A DNA stretch of 49,938 bases, taken from the NCBI GenBank assembly GCA_036339735.1, contig JAYZAL010000073.1, forward strand, positions 1-49,938, written 5' to 3'. Below the pieces are notes generated by a model. That model made no database searches, was not told where the DNA came from, and saw nothing but the letters and a program-made list of their open reading frames with translations. The stretch is from Candidatus Poribacteria bacterium. GTDB taxonomy: Bacteria; Poribacteria; WGA-4E; UBA9662. The position numbers were made by a program, and so were the translations under genes. How positions within the stretch are numbered: the first letter of the stretch is position 1; each line of letters starts with the position of its first letter. Below, in pieces: positions 20,036-29,843 of the stretch.

Positions 20036-20977
20036 TTAGCCCCAACTGCTGGTTTTCCAATAAGAAGATGGTGTTTGGTACTGTTCATGCTTGAGAGGTA
20101 AAAACTGTCGCAGGTGCCGATTTCCATATGCGAATCCTTCTAGGCCAGGAAGTCCCCGATCCTCGTTTTCAACACAAAGAACATAGTCATAGCCTGACTC
20201 CAATAAAGCGCCAATTATAGTCCCCCAATTTAATTGGCCTCGACCAGGCAACCGATACTGCCACCACCAATTTCCGATAATACCTTGTCTGTACAGCATT
20301 CGAGTGCTTATCTCACAGTCTTTAACATCAGCGTAAAACCACTTTCCCGCATAATCGCGGATAACATCTTCAACGGGTGTAATCATCATCCATAACCAAT
20401 GGGATGGGTCACAAGACAACCCCAAATATGGTGATGGTACAGCGGTCATCACTTTTTCCCACATCTCCGGATTACAGGCGATATTACCCATACGAACGGC
20501 CACATCAAGAGCTATTTTGACTTGAACTGATTCCGCGACTTCTACCACCGGCTCAAACATCTTTTTAAAACGTTCAACCAACTCAATAGACCGATCACTA
20601 GTATTGCCGGGAGGAGAAGAATACATACCATAAAACTGACCATTTCTTACTGGCGCTCCGCTACCAGTAACAACTACCGGACATCCAAGCAAACTCGCGG
20701 ATCTAATTGCCTTTATTAGTCTTTTTTGTTCTGCTTCTGCGATGTTTTTATCATCATCCAGTAAGTTGCAATGCGAAGTGATCGCGGCCAAATATAGATG
20801 ATGATTCGATAGAATTGTATTTACTTGATCTGGCCCCGTTTCCAAGATTTCTTCTGAATTAAGAACACCATTATCAGCCAGTCGAACACAATCAAAATCG
20901 TTGGCCTCGGCCCACTCAGCGCAAGACGTTAAGCTCCAAGAGTTTCCTCCAGCAGCAGTTTGGAAGCTAATATCCAT
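20036..20977 (-). CDS. Sugar phosphate isomerase/epimerase (xylose isomerase-like TIM barrel)
   Basis: GLSCDPSHW, DVKD, YRLPGRGQLNW, LCVENED. Confidence 0.8.
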   Translation of the reverse strand: MDISFQTAAGGNSWSLTSCAEWAEANDFDCVRLADNGVLNSEEILETGPDQVNTILSNHHLYLAAITSHCNLLDDDKNIAEAEQKRLIKAIRSASLLGCPVVVTGSGAPVRNGQFYGMYSSPPGNTSDRSIELVERFKKMFEPVVEVAESVQVKIALDVAVRMGNIACNPEMWEKVMTAVPSPYLGLSCDPSHWLWMMITPVEDVIRDYAGKWFYADVKDCEISTRMLYRQGIIGNWWWQYRLPGRGQLNWGTIIGALLESGYDYVLCVENEDRGLPGLEGFAYGNRHLRQFLPLKHEQYQTPSSYWKTSSWG

Positions 20978-21204
20978 TTTTCCGAATCCTTCTTAAATCC
21001 TGTACCAACATCTAGAGTCAGTCAATAGGACTATTTCTCTCAGGTTATCAAAAATAACTTGAAACCTAAATAACTTGAAATCTATCTGGCAGGAAGATGC
21101 TAAGTTTTGTCCTTTTCTGTTTACTTACACATTACCTTGGCTATGGAGAAATTACTCATCAAAAGTTTTGTCTGCTTAATTTTCAATTTCTCCACAAGTT
21201 AATA

Positions 21205-22005
21205 CTATTTAACTTTTTTGGTGATTGTTTTTCTAATCTTTTGAGCTTTTTGTTTGTACTCATTATCCAACTTGGCTGTAGCTGGTAACCGATCGACTTG
21301 ATCTAAAGAATTTAGGGCAAGTTTCCATTTTTTCATCATTTGGTAGGTGATAGCAAGCTCTAAGTGGTGATTGATGAATTTCGGTGCAATCTCGGCTGCT
21401 TTCTGCAAATTTTCTGCTGCCAATTGATTAGAAGCTGGAGGTAATCCCCCATACAAAATTTTGGCAAATGCTTTAGATACTCCACTTAGGTTGGCCACAT
21501 TTCGATGCCAACGACCCAATAAATGGTAGGCAGTATCATTTTTGGGGTCAAGTTGTATAGCTCTTTCAACTGATTCTTTGACCCGAGCTGATAAACGCAC
21601 CTTCTCTTTACTATTTTCACCTAAGGCTACTTTTCCAACAGCTATTCCATCATAGGTGTAACACATAGAATTTTCGGGTGCAGACTTAATACCTTGTTTG
21701 GCATAGATTTCAGCTTGTTTATACAAATCCTTTTGCTTCTCCTCATTCTTTTCAAGATTAGCTAAGTCAACATACACACGAGAAAGTCTCCACAAAATCT
21801 CGGCATTATTAGGATCCAGCTTGTAGGCTTGCATAAATGCATCATGCTCTGCCGAAGTCAGGTTGTTTTGCCGGTGTTGTTTTCCTTGCTCTATATAAGC
21901 ATTCACATCATCTGAATGAACTATTAAATTTAGACAAAATGCTAAAAAAAACAGTGAGTAGATACTAAATAACTTTGTTTCTTTTGATGATAGGTGATTG
22001 TCCAT
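21205..22005 (-). CDS. Exported TPR protein resembling the RMDN (RMD1-3) family
   Basis: N-terminal hydrophobic segment, EILWRLSR, RAIQLDPKNDTAYHLLGRWH, AKILYGGLPPAS. Confidence 0.7.
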   Translation of the reverse strand: MDNHLSSKETKLFSIYSLFFLAFCLNLIVHSDDVNAYIEQGKQHRQNNLTSAEHDAFMQAYKLDPNNAEILWRLSRVYVDLANLEKNEEKQKDLYKQAEIYAKQGIKSAPENSMCYTYDGIAVGKVALGENSKEKVRLSARVKESVERAIQLDPKNDTAYHLLGRWHRNVANLSGVSKAFAKILYGGLPPASNQLAAENLQKAAEIAPKFINHHLELAITYQMMKKWKLALNSLDQVDRLPATAKLDNEYKQKAQKIRKTITKKVK

Positions 22006-22163
22006 TTACCTTCCCCATTTTGTTCTCATTAGATAATCTGACTAAGTGAAAAACACGTAGTTTCTAGTGTTTTCCATCACTCGCATTCTAACATACTGCC
22101 AAACATTTTCAAGTTTCTATCATTGTAAAAAATTATGTGAATAATAGAGCTAACTAATCTCAG

Positions 22164-23669
22164 TTATTCAAGTCTATATTGATAAACTGTCAGGCTGGAC
22201 CACATGCGGTTAACATAAGGGTTATGATAAAATTTTTTGGCTAATGTTTTTCTATCTCCGATAACTTCAGATGGTAATGCACTACCGATCGCGATCCAAT
22301 CTGAATTTTGGTCTAATTGTTTTTTTAGATTAAATTCTCCTTCTTGTTGTACAACCAAGTATTTAGCATTAAAACCTTGAGCACTTAAATAGTATTTGAT
22401 CAATGGAACTGAGATAATTTGAATTGGTTTATGGTAATCGTTGTTTACTTGTTTAAGGTGCTCGTATATTTGAGCTATGGCTGTCGGTTCTTTATGTTGA
22501 CTAACTAGATGAAAACTTACCAAAGTATAACTGGCCAGTCCAAGTATTAATATCTCTTTAAATAGAAAGTTTAACCAAGTTCTACTTGTATTTTCTATAA
22601 TTCGAGTCAAACAAATTGCTACAAATAAAGCTGCAAATGGTAAAAGGGGCAAAACATGTCTACTTTTGTGAATGATATTTTGAAAATAAAAAATCCAGAT
22701 AAGGTATGCTAAGCAGCTTAACATTGCTGTTTGGGCAAAATTACTTATTTTAACTGGTATTCTGGGTTTGGATTTAATAAAAGAAACACAAACTAAAAGC
22801 GATAAACAAACGGTTGGTATAACCGTAGTCAAATCGCGTCCTAACCAATAGAAACCTAATCCATCCGCCCAAACACTTTCAATCAATCTCTCAGTCCTAC
22901 GGGCATAATTGGACTCAGTAGTGATAGTTCCACCAAAATCAGTAAAATGCCCATGGCTTTGTATTCTTGCAGAGTCAATTAATTCAGTCCAGCCAGTCAT
23001 GGAAATCAAAGGGAAAAGCCAGGTAGAAATACCAAATATCCCAGATGTAGCCAGCTGATACCACTTTAGCTTTTTTTCTTTAGTCGAAAATAGATTCGTC
23101 ACCAACAAGGGGAACAGAAAAGGCGTGTAGGATAAACGGACGCCAAGTAGAATACCAGTCAAAAAAAAACCAATTAGACTATTATAATTGGTTTTTGTAT
23201 TATTAGGCTGGAGATAATAGAAACAAGACATCATGCAAGCAACTCCCATCATATCGGGCATATAACGGTTACTCATTAACCAAAAAAGAGGATTAAACGT
23301 AGAGAAGAAAATAACAAGGGCTCCAAGTAGTGATGTCAGCTGAATATTTGCGGATCGGATCAAGAAAAAAATGGTAAGGAAAGTTGAAAATGCTCCAACA
23401 ATAGAAAAAGCAACTGTGTAACGACCAATAAGCTGATATACCAATTTAGTTATAAAACAAAAAACCGGATAGGCTGGGAAGTGGGGTTGATTTTTGACTA
23501 CATTATAGTCGATCATTGACAAAGCGAAGCGAAGGCTATCTAAATCTTCAATATAATAGATAGTACTCCAAAGCCGAGAAACCAATAGCAATATTAGTAG
23601 TAGCCACCATGCGATCGTCGTTTTTTTCATATTACTCAATAGAGTTTTGGATGCTCTGTTCATTTTCAC
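22164..23669 (-). CDS. Polytopic membrane protein, probable GT-C fold glycosyltransferase
   Basis: About 10-12 TM helices, acidic first loop EDLDSLRFA followed by PHFPAYP, late RHVLPLLP motif. Confidence 0.6.
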   Translation of the reverse strand: MKMNRASKTLLSNMKKTTIAWWLLLILLLVSRLWSTIYYIEDLDSLRFALSMIDYNVVKNQPHFPAYPVFCFITKLVYQLIGRYTVAFSIVGAFSTFLTIFFLIRSANIQLTSLLGALVIFFSTFNPLFWLMSNRYMPDMMGVACMMSCFYYLQPNNTKTNYNSLIGFFLTGILLGVRLSYTPFLFPLLVTNLFSTKEKKLKWYQLATSGIFGISTWLFPLISMTGWTELIDSARIQSHGHFTDFGGTITTESNYARRTERLIESVWADGLGFYWLGRDLTTVIPTVCLSLLVCVSFIKSKPRIPVKISNFAQTAMLSCLAYLIWIFYFQNIIHKSRHVLPLLPFAALFVAICLTRIIENTSRTWLNFLFKEILILGLASYTLVSFHLVSQHKEPTAIAQIYEHLKQVNNDYHKPIQIISVPLIKYYLSAQGFNAKYLVVQQEGEFNLKKQLDQNSDWIAIGSALPSEVIGDRKTLAKKFYHNPYVNRMWSSLTVYQYRLE

Positions 23670-23827
23670 AAAATAATAATAGCAAAAATTAGATCAGCCA
23701 GTAAACTTGATACTGCTAAGTTGTTTATAGATCCTTTCATTTACACTTTATCCTAATTACTGATAAAATTTAACAGTAAATTAATGATAAGAATATCTAC
23801 TAATAAAATGTATAAGGGAGTTTGTTG

Positions 23828-25027
23828 ATGTCTACTACTATTTCAGATGTCAAAGTTATCACTACTCAACCAGCTGGTTCCCGGTTGGTCGTGGTCAAAA
23901 TTCAGACATCAGAACCAGGACTCTACGGAGTTGGTTGTGCAACCTTCACCCAACGTTTTCGGCCTGTGGTTACAGCTATAGAAGAACATCTGAAACCATT
24001 CCTGATCGGCCAGGAAGTAACACGAATTGAAGATATTTGGCAAATGCTGATGGTAAATGGGTACTGGAGGAATGGTCCTGTTCTGAACAATGCTATTTCT
24101 GGTATTGACCAAGCACTTTGGGATATAAAAGGTAAAATGGCTAATATGCCTCTTTATGATATTTTGGGTGGTAAATGTCGCGAGGCCGCTGCTGTTTATG
24201 GACACGCTGGAGGGGACTCACCTGAAAGTGTGGCCAATAGTGTAGAATCCTTTATAGATCAAGGTTATCGATATATTCGTATTCAAATGGGAGGTTATGG
24301 GGGGCAATCCTCGGGAATAATTAAACCGGAAGGTGCATTAGCTGGCTCTTATTTTGATCCGCGCGATTATTGCCGAAATATACTAAAGATGATAGCTTAT
24401 GTTCGTGAACATATAGGAGATTCTGTCGAACTACTACACGATATTCATGAACGTCTACAGCCTATTGATGCTGTTCAGTTTGCAAAAGATGTAGAGCAAT
24501 TTAAACTTTTCTTTTTAGAAGACCCTTTAGCTCCGGAAGATCTGGAATGGTTCACTCATATTCGACAGCAATGTGCAACACCAATTGCTATGGGTGAGTT
24601 ATTCAATCATCCTAGAGAGTGGCAACCGCTAATCGCAGGTAAGTTAATTGACTTTTTACGTATGCACGTTAGCCAAATGGGAGGAATTACACCAGCTCGT
24701 AACGCAGCTATTCACGCCAATATGTACGGAATTCGTACAGCTTGGCATGGTCCAGGGGACACTTCACCAGTCGGTCATGCTGCGAATCTTCACTTGGACT
24801 TATGGGCACCAAATTTTGGTGTGCAGGAATGGTGTCGCTTTCCTGATTTAGTATATGAAATTTTCCCAGGATTGCCAGAAGTTCGAAATGGCTATATGTA
24901 TCCTAATGATCAGCCAGGTCTTGGGATTGATATAGACGAAGTCCTCGCAGCAAAATATCCTTGTAGAGATGAGGTCATTGGTTGGACACAAACGCGTCTG
25001 CCTGATGGATCTGCTACACGTCCCTGA
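23828..25027 (+). CDS. RspA/ManD-like (mannonate dehydratase-type) enolase-superfamily enzyme
   Basis: YWRNGPVLNNAISGIDQALWDIKGK, LLHDIHERL, FFLEDP, MGELF, TAWHGPGD. Confidence 0.88.
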   Translation: MSTTISDVKVITTQPAGSRLVVVKIQTSEPGLYGVGCATFTQRFRPVVTAIEEHLKPFLIGQEVTRIEDIWQMLMVNGYWRNGPVLNNAISGIDQALWDIKGKMANMPLYDILGGKCREAAAVYGHAGGDSPESVANSVESFIDQGYRYIRIQMGGYGGQSSGIIKPEGALAGSYFDPRDYCRNILKMIAYVREHIGDSVELLHDIHERLQPIDAVQFAKDVEQFKLFFLEDPLAPEDLEWFTHIRQQCATPIAMGELFNHPREWQPLIAGKLIDFLRMHVSQMGGITPARNAAIHANMYGIRTAWHGPGDTSPVGHAANLHLDLWAPNFGVQEWCRFPDLVYEIFPGLPEVRNGYMYPNDQPGLGIDIDEVLAAKYPCRDEVIGWTQTRLPDGSATRP

Positions 25028-25057
25028 TGAAATTACCAATTTAAAGGAGCATTATAA

Positions 25058-25384
25058 ATGATACCTGGAGAACTGATTGTGGCCGAAGGCCACATTACTA
25101 TCAATGAAAATCGGAGAACCTCTGAGATCGAAGTTACTAACGTTGGCGACCGACCAATTCAGGTAGGTTCGCATTTTCATTTTTTTGAAGTTAACTCGGG
25201 GCTAATTTTTGATCGTGAGTTAGCATATGGAATGCGATTGGATATTCCATCGGGTGTAGCTGTTAGGTTTGAACCCGGAGATAGTAAGACTGTAACCTTG
25301 GTTGAGTTAAAGGGTAAAGGTGTTGTCTACGGCTTAAATAATAAAGTTAATGGACCATTAGACCTAAATAGGAGTAGCAAATAA
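25058..25384 (+). CDS. ureB: Urease subunit beta
   Basis: [39 protein letters not shown]. Confidence 0.97.
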   Translation: MIPGELIVAEGHITINENRRTSEIEVTNVGDRPIQVGSHFHFFEVNSGLIFDRELAYGMRLDIPSGVAVRFEPGDSKTVTLVELKGKGVVYGLNNKVNGPLDLNRSSK

Positions 25385-27090
25385 TGCGAATCTCAAAAAA
25401 AGCTTATGCAGATATCTATGGCCCGACCGTTGGAGACAAGGTGCGATTAGCCGATACAGAATTGGTTATCGAAGTTGAGAAGGATTATACCACATATGGC
25501 GAGGAATCTAAGTTTGGTGGTGGAAAGACCTTACGTGACGGGATGGGGCAAGCACCTGACGCCACGCGAGCCAACGGAGCCGTTGATTTAGTTATTACTA
25601 ACGCCTTAATACTAGATCATTGGGGTATTGTGAAAGCAGATATTGGTATTCGTGATGGGCAGATTGTTGGTATAGGCAAATCTGGCAACCCAAATATTAT
25701 GGATGGAGTCGATATTGTAGTTGGAGCTTCAACAGAAGTGTTAGCTGGAGAGGGCATGATTACAACTGCGGGAGGGATCGATGCACACATTCACTTCATC
25801 TGTCCCCAGCAGATTGATGAAGCTATTTCCTCTGGAGTTACCACCATGATTGGTGGTGGAACTGGTCCTGCCACTGGAACCAACGCGACTACTTGTACAC
25901 CAGGAGCATGGAATATCAGTAGAATGTTAGAGGCAGTAGAAGGCTTTCCTATTAATTTCGGATTTCTAGGGAAGGGAAATTCTTCTATGCCAGAAGCGTT
26001 GAATGAGCAAGTCGAAGCAGGTGCTATTGGTTTAAAGTTACACGAAGACTGGGGGACAACACCGGCTACTATTGATTGTTGCTTGAGTGTGGCTGAGACT
26101 TTCGATGTTCAAGTTGCTATCCATACCGATACACTCAACGAATCTGGGTTTGTAGAAGATTCAATTTCAGCTTTCAAAGGCAGAACCATTCACACCTATC
26201 ATACAGAAGGAGCTGGAGGTGGTCATGCGCCTGATATCATTAAGGTGTGTGGTGAAAGTAACGTTTTACCGTCTTCTACCAATCCAACACGTCCCTTTAC
26301 TATCAATACTATTGATGAGCATCTAGACATGTTAATGGTCTGCCATCATCTTGACGCATCAATCCCCGAAGACTTGGCTTTCGCAGAATCCCGTATTCGA
26401 TCTGAGACCATCGCGGCCGAAGATATTTTACATGACCTTGGGGCTCTCAGTATGATCGCTTCTGATTCTCAAGCAATGGGTCGTGTTGGAGAAGTTATTA
26501 GTCGAACTTGGCAAACAGCTCATAAAATGAAGGTTCAGAGAGGCACATTGAGTGAGGAAATAGGTAATAATGACAATTTTCGAGCAAAACGCTATGTGGC
26601 AAAATACACCATCAATCCGGCTATAGCTCATGGTATTTCGAACCATGTCGGATCAGTCGAGGTTGGTAAAATGGCTGATTTAGTAATTTGGCAGCCAGCG
26701 TTTTTTGGTGTTAAACCGCAATTAATTATCAAAGGAGGTTTCATCGTTTGGGCGGCCATGGGGGACGCTAATGCTTCAATTCCAACGCCACAGCCGGTTT
26801 TGGGGAGACCAATGTTTGGAGCTTTCGGTCGTGCACCATATACATGTTCTGCTAGTTTTTTATCGCTTGCTGGAGTAGAAAATAACATTAGTGATCATCT
26901 GAAACTACAGAAACGAATTTTACCCGTCTCTAATTGCAGAAACATTAATAAAGCATCAATGATTCATAATGCATATACTCCTCAAGTAACAGTTAATCCA
27001 GAGACCTACGAAGTCCGTGCAGATGGAGAACATTTAGTTTGTGCCCCGGCAGAAGTGCTACCAATGGCACAACGTTACTTTTTATTTTAG
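25384..27090 (+). CDS. ureC: Urease subunit alpha
   Basis: [64 protein letters not shown]. Confidence 0.98.
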   Translation: MRISKKAYADIYGPTVGDKVRLADTELVIEVEKDYTTYGEESKFGGGKTLRDGMGQAPDATRANGAVDLVITNALILDHWGIVKADIGIRDGQIVGIGKSGNPNIMDGVDIVVGASTEVLAGEGMITTAGGIDAHIHFICPQQIDEAISSGVTTMIGGGTGPATGTNATTCTPGAWNISRMLEAVEGFPINFGFLGKGNSSMPEALNEQVEAGAIGLKLHEDWGTTPATIDCCLSVAETFDVQVAIHTDTLNESGFVEDSISAFKGRTIHTYHTEGAGGGHAPDIIKVCGESNVLPSSTNPTRPFTINTIDEHLDMLMVCHHLDASIPEDLAFAESRIRSETIAAEDILHDLGALSMIASDSQAMGRVGEVISRTWQTAHKMKVQRGTLSEEIGNNDNFRAKRYVAKYTINPAIAHGISNHVGSVEVGKMADLVIWQPAFFGVKPQLIIKGGFIVWAAMGDANASIPTPQPVLGRPMFGAFGRAPYTCSASFLSLAGVENNISDHLKLQKRILPVSNCRNINKASMIHNAYTPQVTVNPETYEVRADGEHLVCAPAEVLPMAQRYFLF

Positions 27091-27114
27091 CCCTTAGGTA
27101 TATTTTCCTGCGGG

Positions 27115-27900
27115 TTAAAGAGCATTGACTGACACAAAATCTCCAATTGATAATCCATATAGCTGTTGGGCGGAACCTTGGTTAACTGAAATTTCTAAGT
27201 GCTCGGAGCTGCCGATAATTGCTATTGCTTCACCTATCTTTGCTTGATTATACGCGCTGCAAAGTCCAAAAATCTTTTGGTTGGCAAAGCTAATCTGAAG
27301 TTCCAAGTTAGGTAAGATTTGATTTATTGACTGCTGGCTTATATTGGTAACAGCATTACCAAAATTATCGATCCAAATAATTTGACCTTCAATTTGAGAG
27401 TTATCAGAGTTAATATGTGAGAAATTGATTTTATGGAGGTTATCTACCGACGGGCCAAATTCGCTCATTGGTATGCCTTTAGCCAAATATGCAGCTACAG
27501 GAGCAAAGATATCTCTACCGTGAAAAGTGTTACTAATATGAGGCAGAAAATAGCTATCGTTTTCGATCGCCACCGAATTCCCCATGGGTGATTCTTTACT
27601 GATAATGCTTAACAAGCCGTTATCAGGACAAACGAAGGTGTGATTATTAATTAGGCTGATCACTGCCCTACGATCGCTACCAACCCCTGGATCAACGACA
27701 ACCAAGTGTATAGTTTCCGATGGGAAATAGGAATAGGCTTTTGAAATTTGCCAAGCTCCTACTGCCACATTTTGGGCGGGGATTTCGTGTGTTAAGTCAA
27801 TGATGTTCGATGATGGGCTGATAGATAGAATTACTCCTTTCATCACACCAACGTATGTGTCTTTCGTACCAAAGTCACTTGTAAGCGTAATAATCGACAT
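27115..27900 (-). CDS. SAM hydrolase (DUF62, SAM hydroxide adenosyltransferase family)
   Basis: TLTSDFG, DLTHEI, VVDPGVGSDR, PDNGL, TFHGRDIFAP, DNFGN. Confidence 0.9.
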   Translation of the reverse strand: MSIITLTSDFGTKDTYVGVMKGVILSISPSSNIIDLTHEIPAQNVAVGAWQISKAYSYFPSETIHLVVVDPGVGSDRRAVISLINNHTFVCPDNGLLSIISKESPMGNSVAIENDSYFLPHISNTFHGRDIFAPVAAYLAKGIPMSEFGPSVDNLHKINFSHINSDNSQIEGQIIWIDNFGNAVTNISQQSINQILPNLELQISFANQKIFGLCSAYNQAKIGEAIAIIGSSEHLEISVNQGSAQQLYGLSIGDFVSVNAL

Positions 27901-27929
27901 TTAGGCTAATCCTTTACTCGTTTTTGCTA

Positions 27930-27958
27930 ATAATACGTTTGGGTCATGATGTGGTCAA
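27930..27958 (-). promoter_or_regulatory. sigma70-type promoter for the SAM hydrolase gene
   Basis: Minus strand TTGACC-N17-TATTAT. Confidence 0.5.
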
Positions 27959-27980
27959 TTCTAACATTTAATCATTATTT

Positions 27981-28009
27981 TTGAACTGAGGTCATCAGTG
28001 TGTTAAAAT
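27981..28009 (+). promoter_or_regulatory. sigma70-type promoter of the proteasome operon
   Basis: TTGAAC-N17-TAAAAT with extended -10 TG. Confidence 0.55.
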
Positions 28010-28059
28010 TATCGAACCTCTGGAATTCCCACCAATAACCGACATATGAGGATTATCGG

Positions 28060-29817
28060 ATGCGTAAAAAACAAGATCGGACCGATATCAACAATGATCC
28101 TTTCCCAGATCGAGTCGGGGATGAAAATGCAGATGAAATAGCAGAAGATAACACTGAGCAATCTTCTATCCCACGCTCACTACTACTAGTAAACCAACTA
28201 CTTTATGTCACTGAGGACGATGACCAGCTTCGACCGATTCTTATGCAGTTGCGCCGCTCTATTATGGAGGACGAAGTCGATTTTAACGAAGCTCGGGAAA
28301 TTATTGAGCAACTGCAAGAAGCCGTTGATAAGCTGACGGCACCTGCGAACCGAATTGGCACATTAATAGGGCTAACCAGTCAGGGAACAGCCCATGTAAT
28401 TGTTGGTGGTACAGAATACTATACTAATATCGAGAGTAAAGTTGATCTTAATCAACTGAAGATTGGATATAGTGTTTTACTCAATGAAGCCTACGTTCTG
28501 ATTGGACATCTAGGCTATGGAAAGGCTGGACCAATAGTCAAAGTAAATGATTTTCTACCTGATGGCCGTATCCAAATTGGTCAAGAGCAAGGACTGAACT
28601 CTTCTATTCTCCAACGTTCAGCCGAACTATCAAATGTGAAACTTAAACCTGGAGATCTAATTCGGGTAGATACCAGCTACCGAATTGCCATTGAGAGAAT
28701 TGAGAGTCAAGGAAGTCAACAGTATTATGTGGAAGAAGTTCCTAATATGCCGTGGTCAGAAATTGGTGGTCACGAAGAAGCCATTCAACAGATCCAAAAT
28801 ACGATCGAATTACCAACCTTACATCCTGAACTGTTTAATCAGTTTGACTTTTCTTTACCCAAGGGATTCCTCTTATACGGACCGCCTGGTTGCGGGAAAA
28901 CACTGATTGGTAAAGCAACCGCGTATAATTTGACTCAAAAACTAAAAATCGAATCTGACTCGGATATAGATGGGTGTTTCCTACACATCAAGGGACCAGA
29001 GATTCTGAATATGTGGTTAGGAGAATCAGAACGAAAAGTTCGAGAAATCTTTCAAATAGCCAGAGAAAAACGGGATGAAGGATTTTTCCCTTTTATCTTC
29101 ATTGATGAAGCTGAATCAATCCTAGGAACGCGTAGATCCCTACGGTCTCATAATATTTCCAACACAGTTGTCCCCATGTTTTGTGCCGAGATGGATGGAA
29201 TTGAGTCGCTGAAAGACGTAGTTATTATTTTGGCGACAAACCGTCCTGACTTAATTGATCCGGCAATCTTGCGGCCCGGCCGAATTGATCGTAAGATTAA
29301 AGTCAATCGACCTACAGAAGAAGCTGTCAAAGATATTTTCCGCATTTATTTATCACCGAATTTACCATTGAGTCCTAATCTGTTGAAAGAAAATCAAAAG
29401 ACCAATGGATCAGTACAAGAGGTAATTGACGAAATTATAGATAATGTAACAAGTCAAATATTTGCACGTACTGATAGCAACCGGTTTTTGGAAGTATCTT
29501 TGAGGAGTGGTCGAAAAGAGGTCCTATACCGCGGAGACCTTTGTAGTGGTGCAATCATTGCATCAATTGTACAGCGGGCTAAGGAATCAGCCATAAAAAG
29601 AGCTATTGAGACAGGTAGCCGAGAACTGGGCATTGAAGCAGTTGATCTAGAAAACGCTGTCAATGCAGAGTACGACGAAAATGATATCTTCCCAGCAACA
29701 GACAGTGCTGAAGATTGGCTACGTTTGGTTGACTACGAACCAGAAAATGTCGTTAAAATAGAACCCGCTCGAGGTAGACAAACAAAAAGACGTGCTAACC
29801 CGATTACAGTGGTTTAG
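28060..29817 (+). CDS. arc: Proteasome-associated AAA+ ATPase (ARC/Mpa family)
   Basis: N-terminal coiled coil and OB-like region, GPPGCGKT, IKGPEILNMWLGESER, FIDEAES, TNRPDLIDPAILRPGRID, SGAII; first gene of the proteasome locus. Confidence 0.92.
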   Translation: MRKKQDRTDINNDPFPDRVGDENADEIAEDNTEQSSIPRSLLLVNQLLYVTEDDDQLRPILMQLRRSIMEDEVDFNEAREIIEQLQEAVDKLTAPANRIGTLIGLTSQGTAHVIVGGTEYYTNIESKVDLNQLKIGYSVLLNEAYVLIGHLGYGKAGPIVKVNDFLPDGRIQIGQEQGLNSSILQRSAELSNVKLKPGDLIRVDTSYRIAIERIESQGSQQYYVEEVPNMPWSEIGGHEEAIQQIQNTIELPTLHPELFNQFDFSLPKGFLLYGPPGCGKTLIGKATAYNLTQKLKIESDSDIDGCFLHIKGPEILNMWLGESERKVREIFQIAREKRDEGFFPFIFIDEAESILGTRRSLRSHNISNTVVPMFCAEMDGIESLKDVVIILATNRPDLIDPAILRPGRIDRKIKVNRPTEEAVKDIFRIYLSPNLPLSPNLLKENQKTNGSVQEVIDEIIDNVTSQIFARTDSNRFLEVSLRSGRKEVLYRGDLCSGAIIASIVQRAKESAIKRAIETGSRELGIEAVDLENAVNAEYDENDIFPATDSAEDWLRLVDYEPENVVKIEPARGRQTKRRANPITVV

Positions 29818-29843
29818 ATTTAGTTGTATGTAGTGAGGGAAAA

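Noticed and set aside
27115-27900. Fluorinase/chlorinase
   Set aside because: The TFHGRD motif is the hydrolase-type DUF62 signature, and there is no halometabolite gene context.
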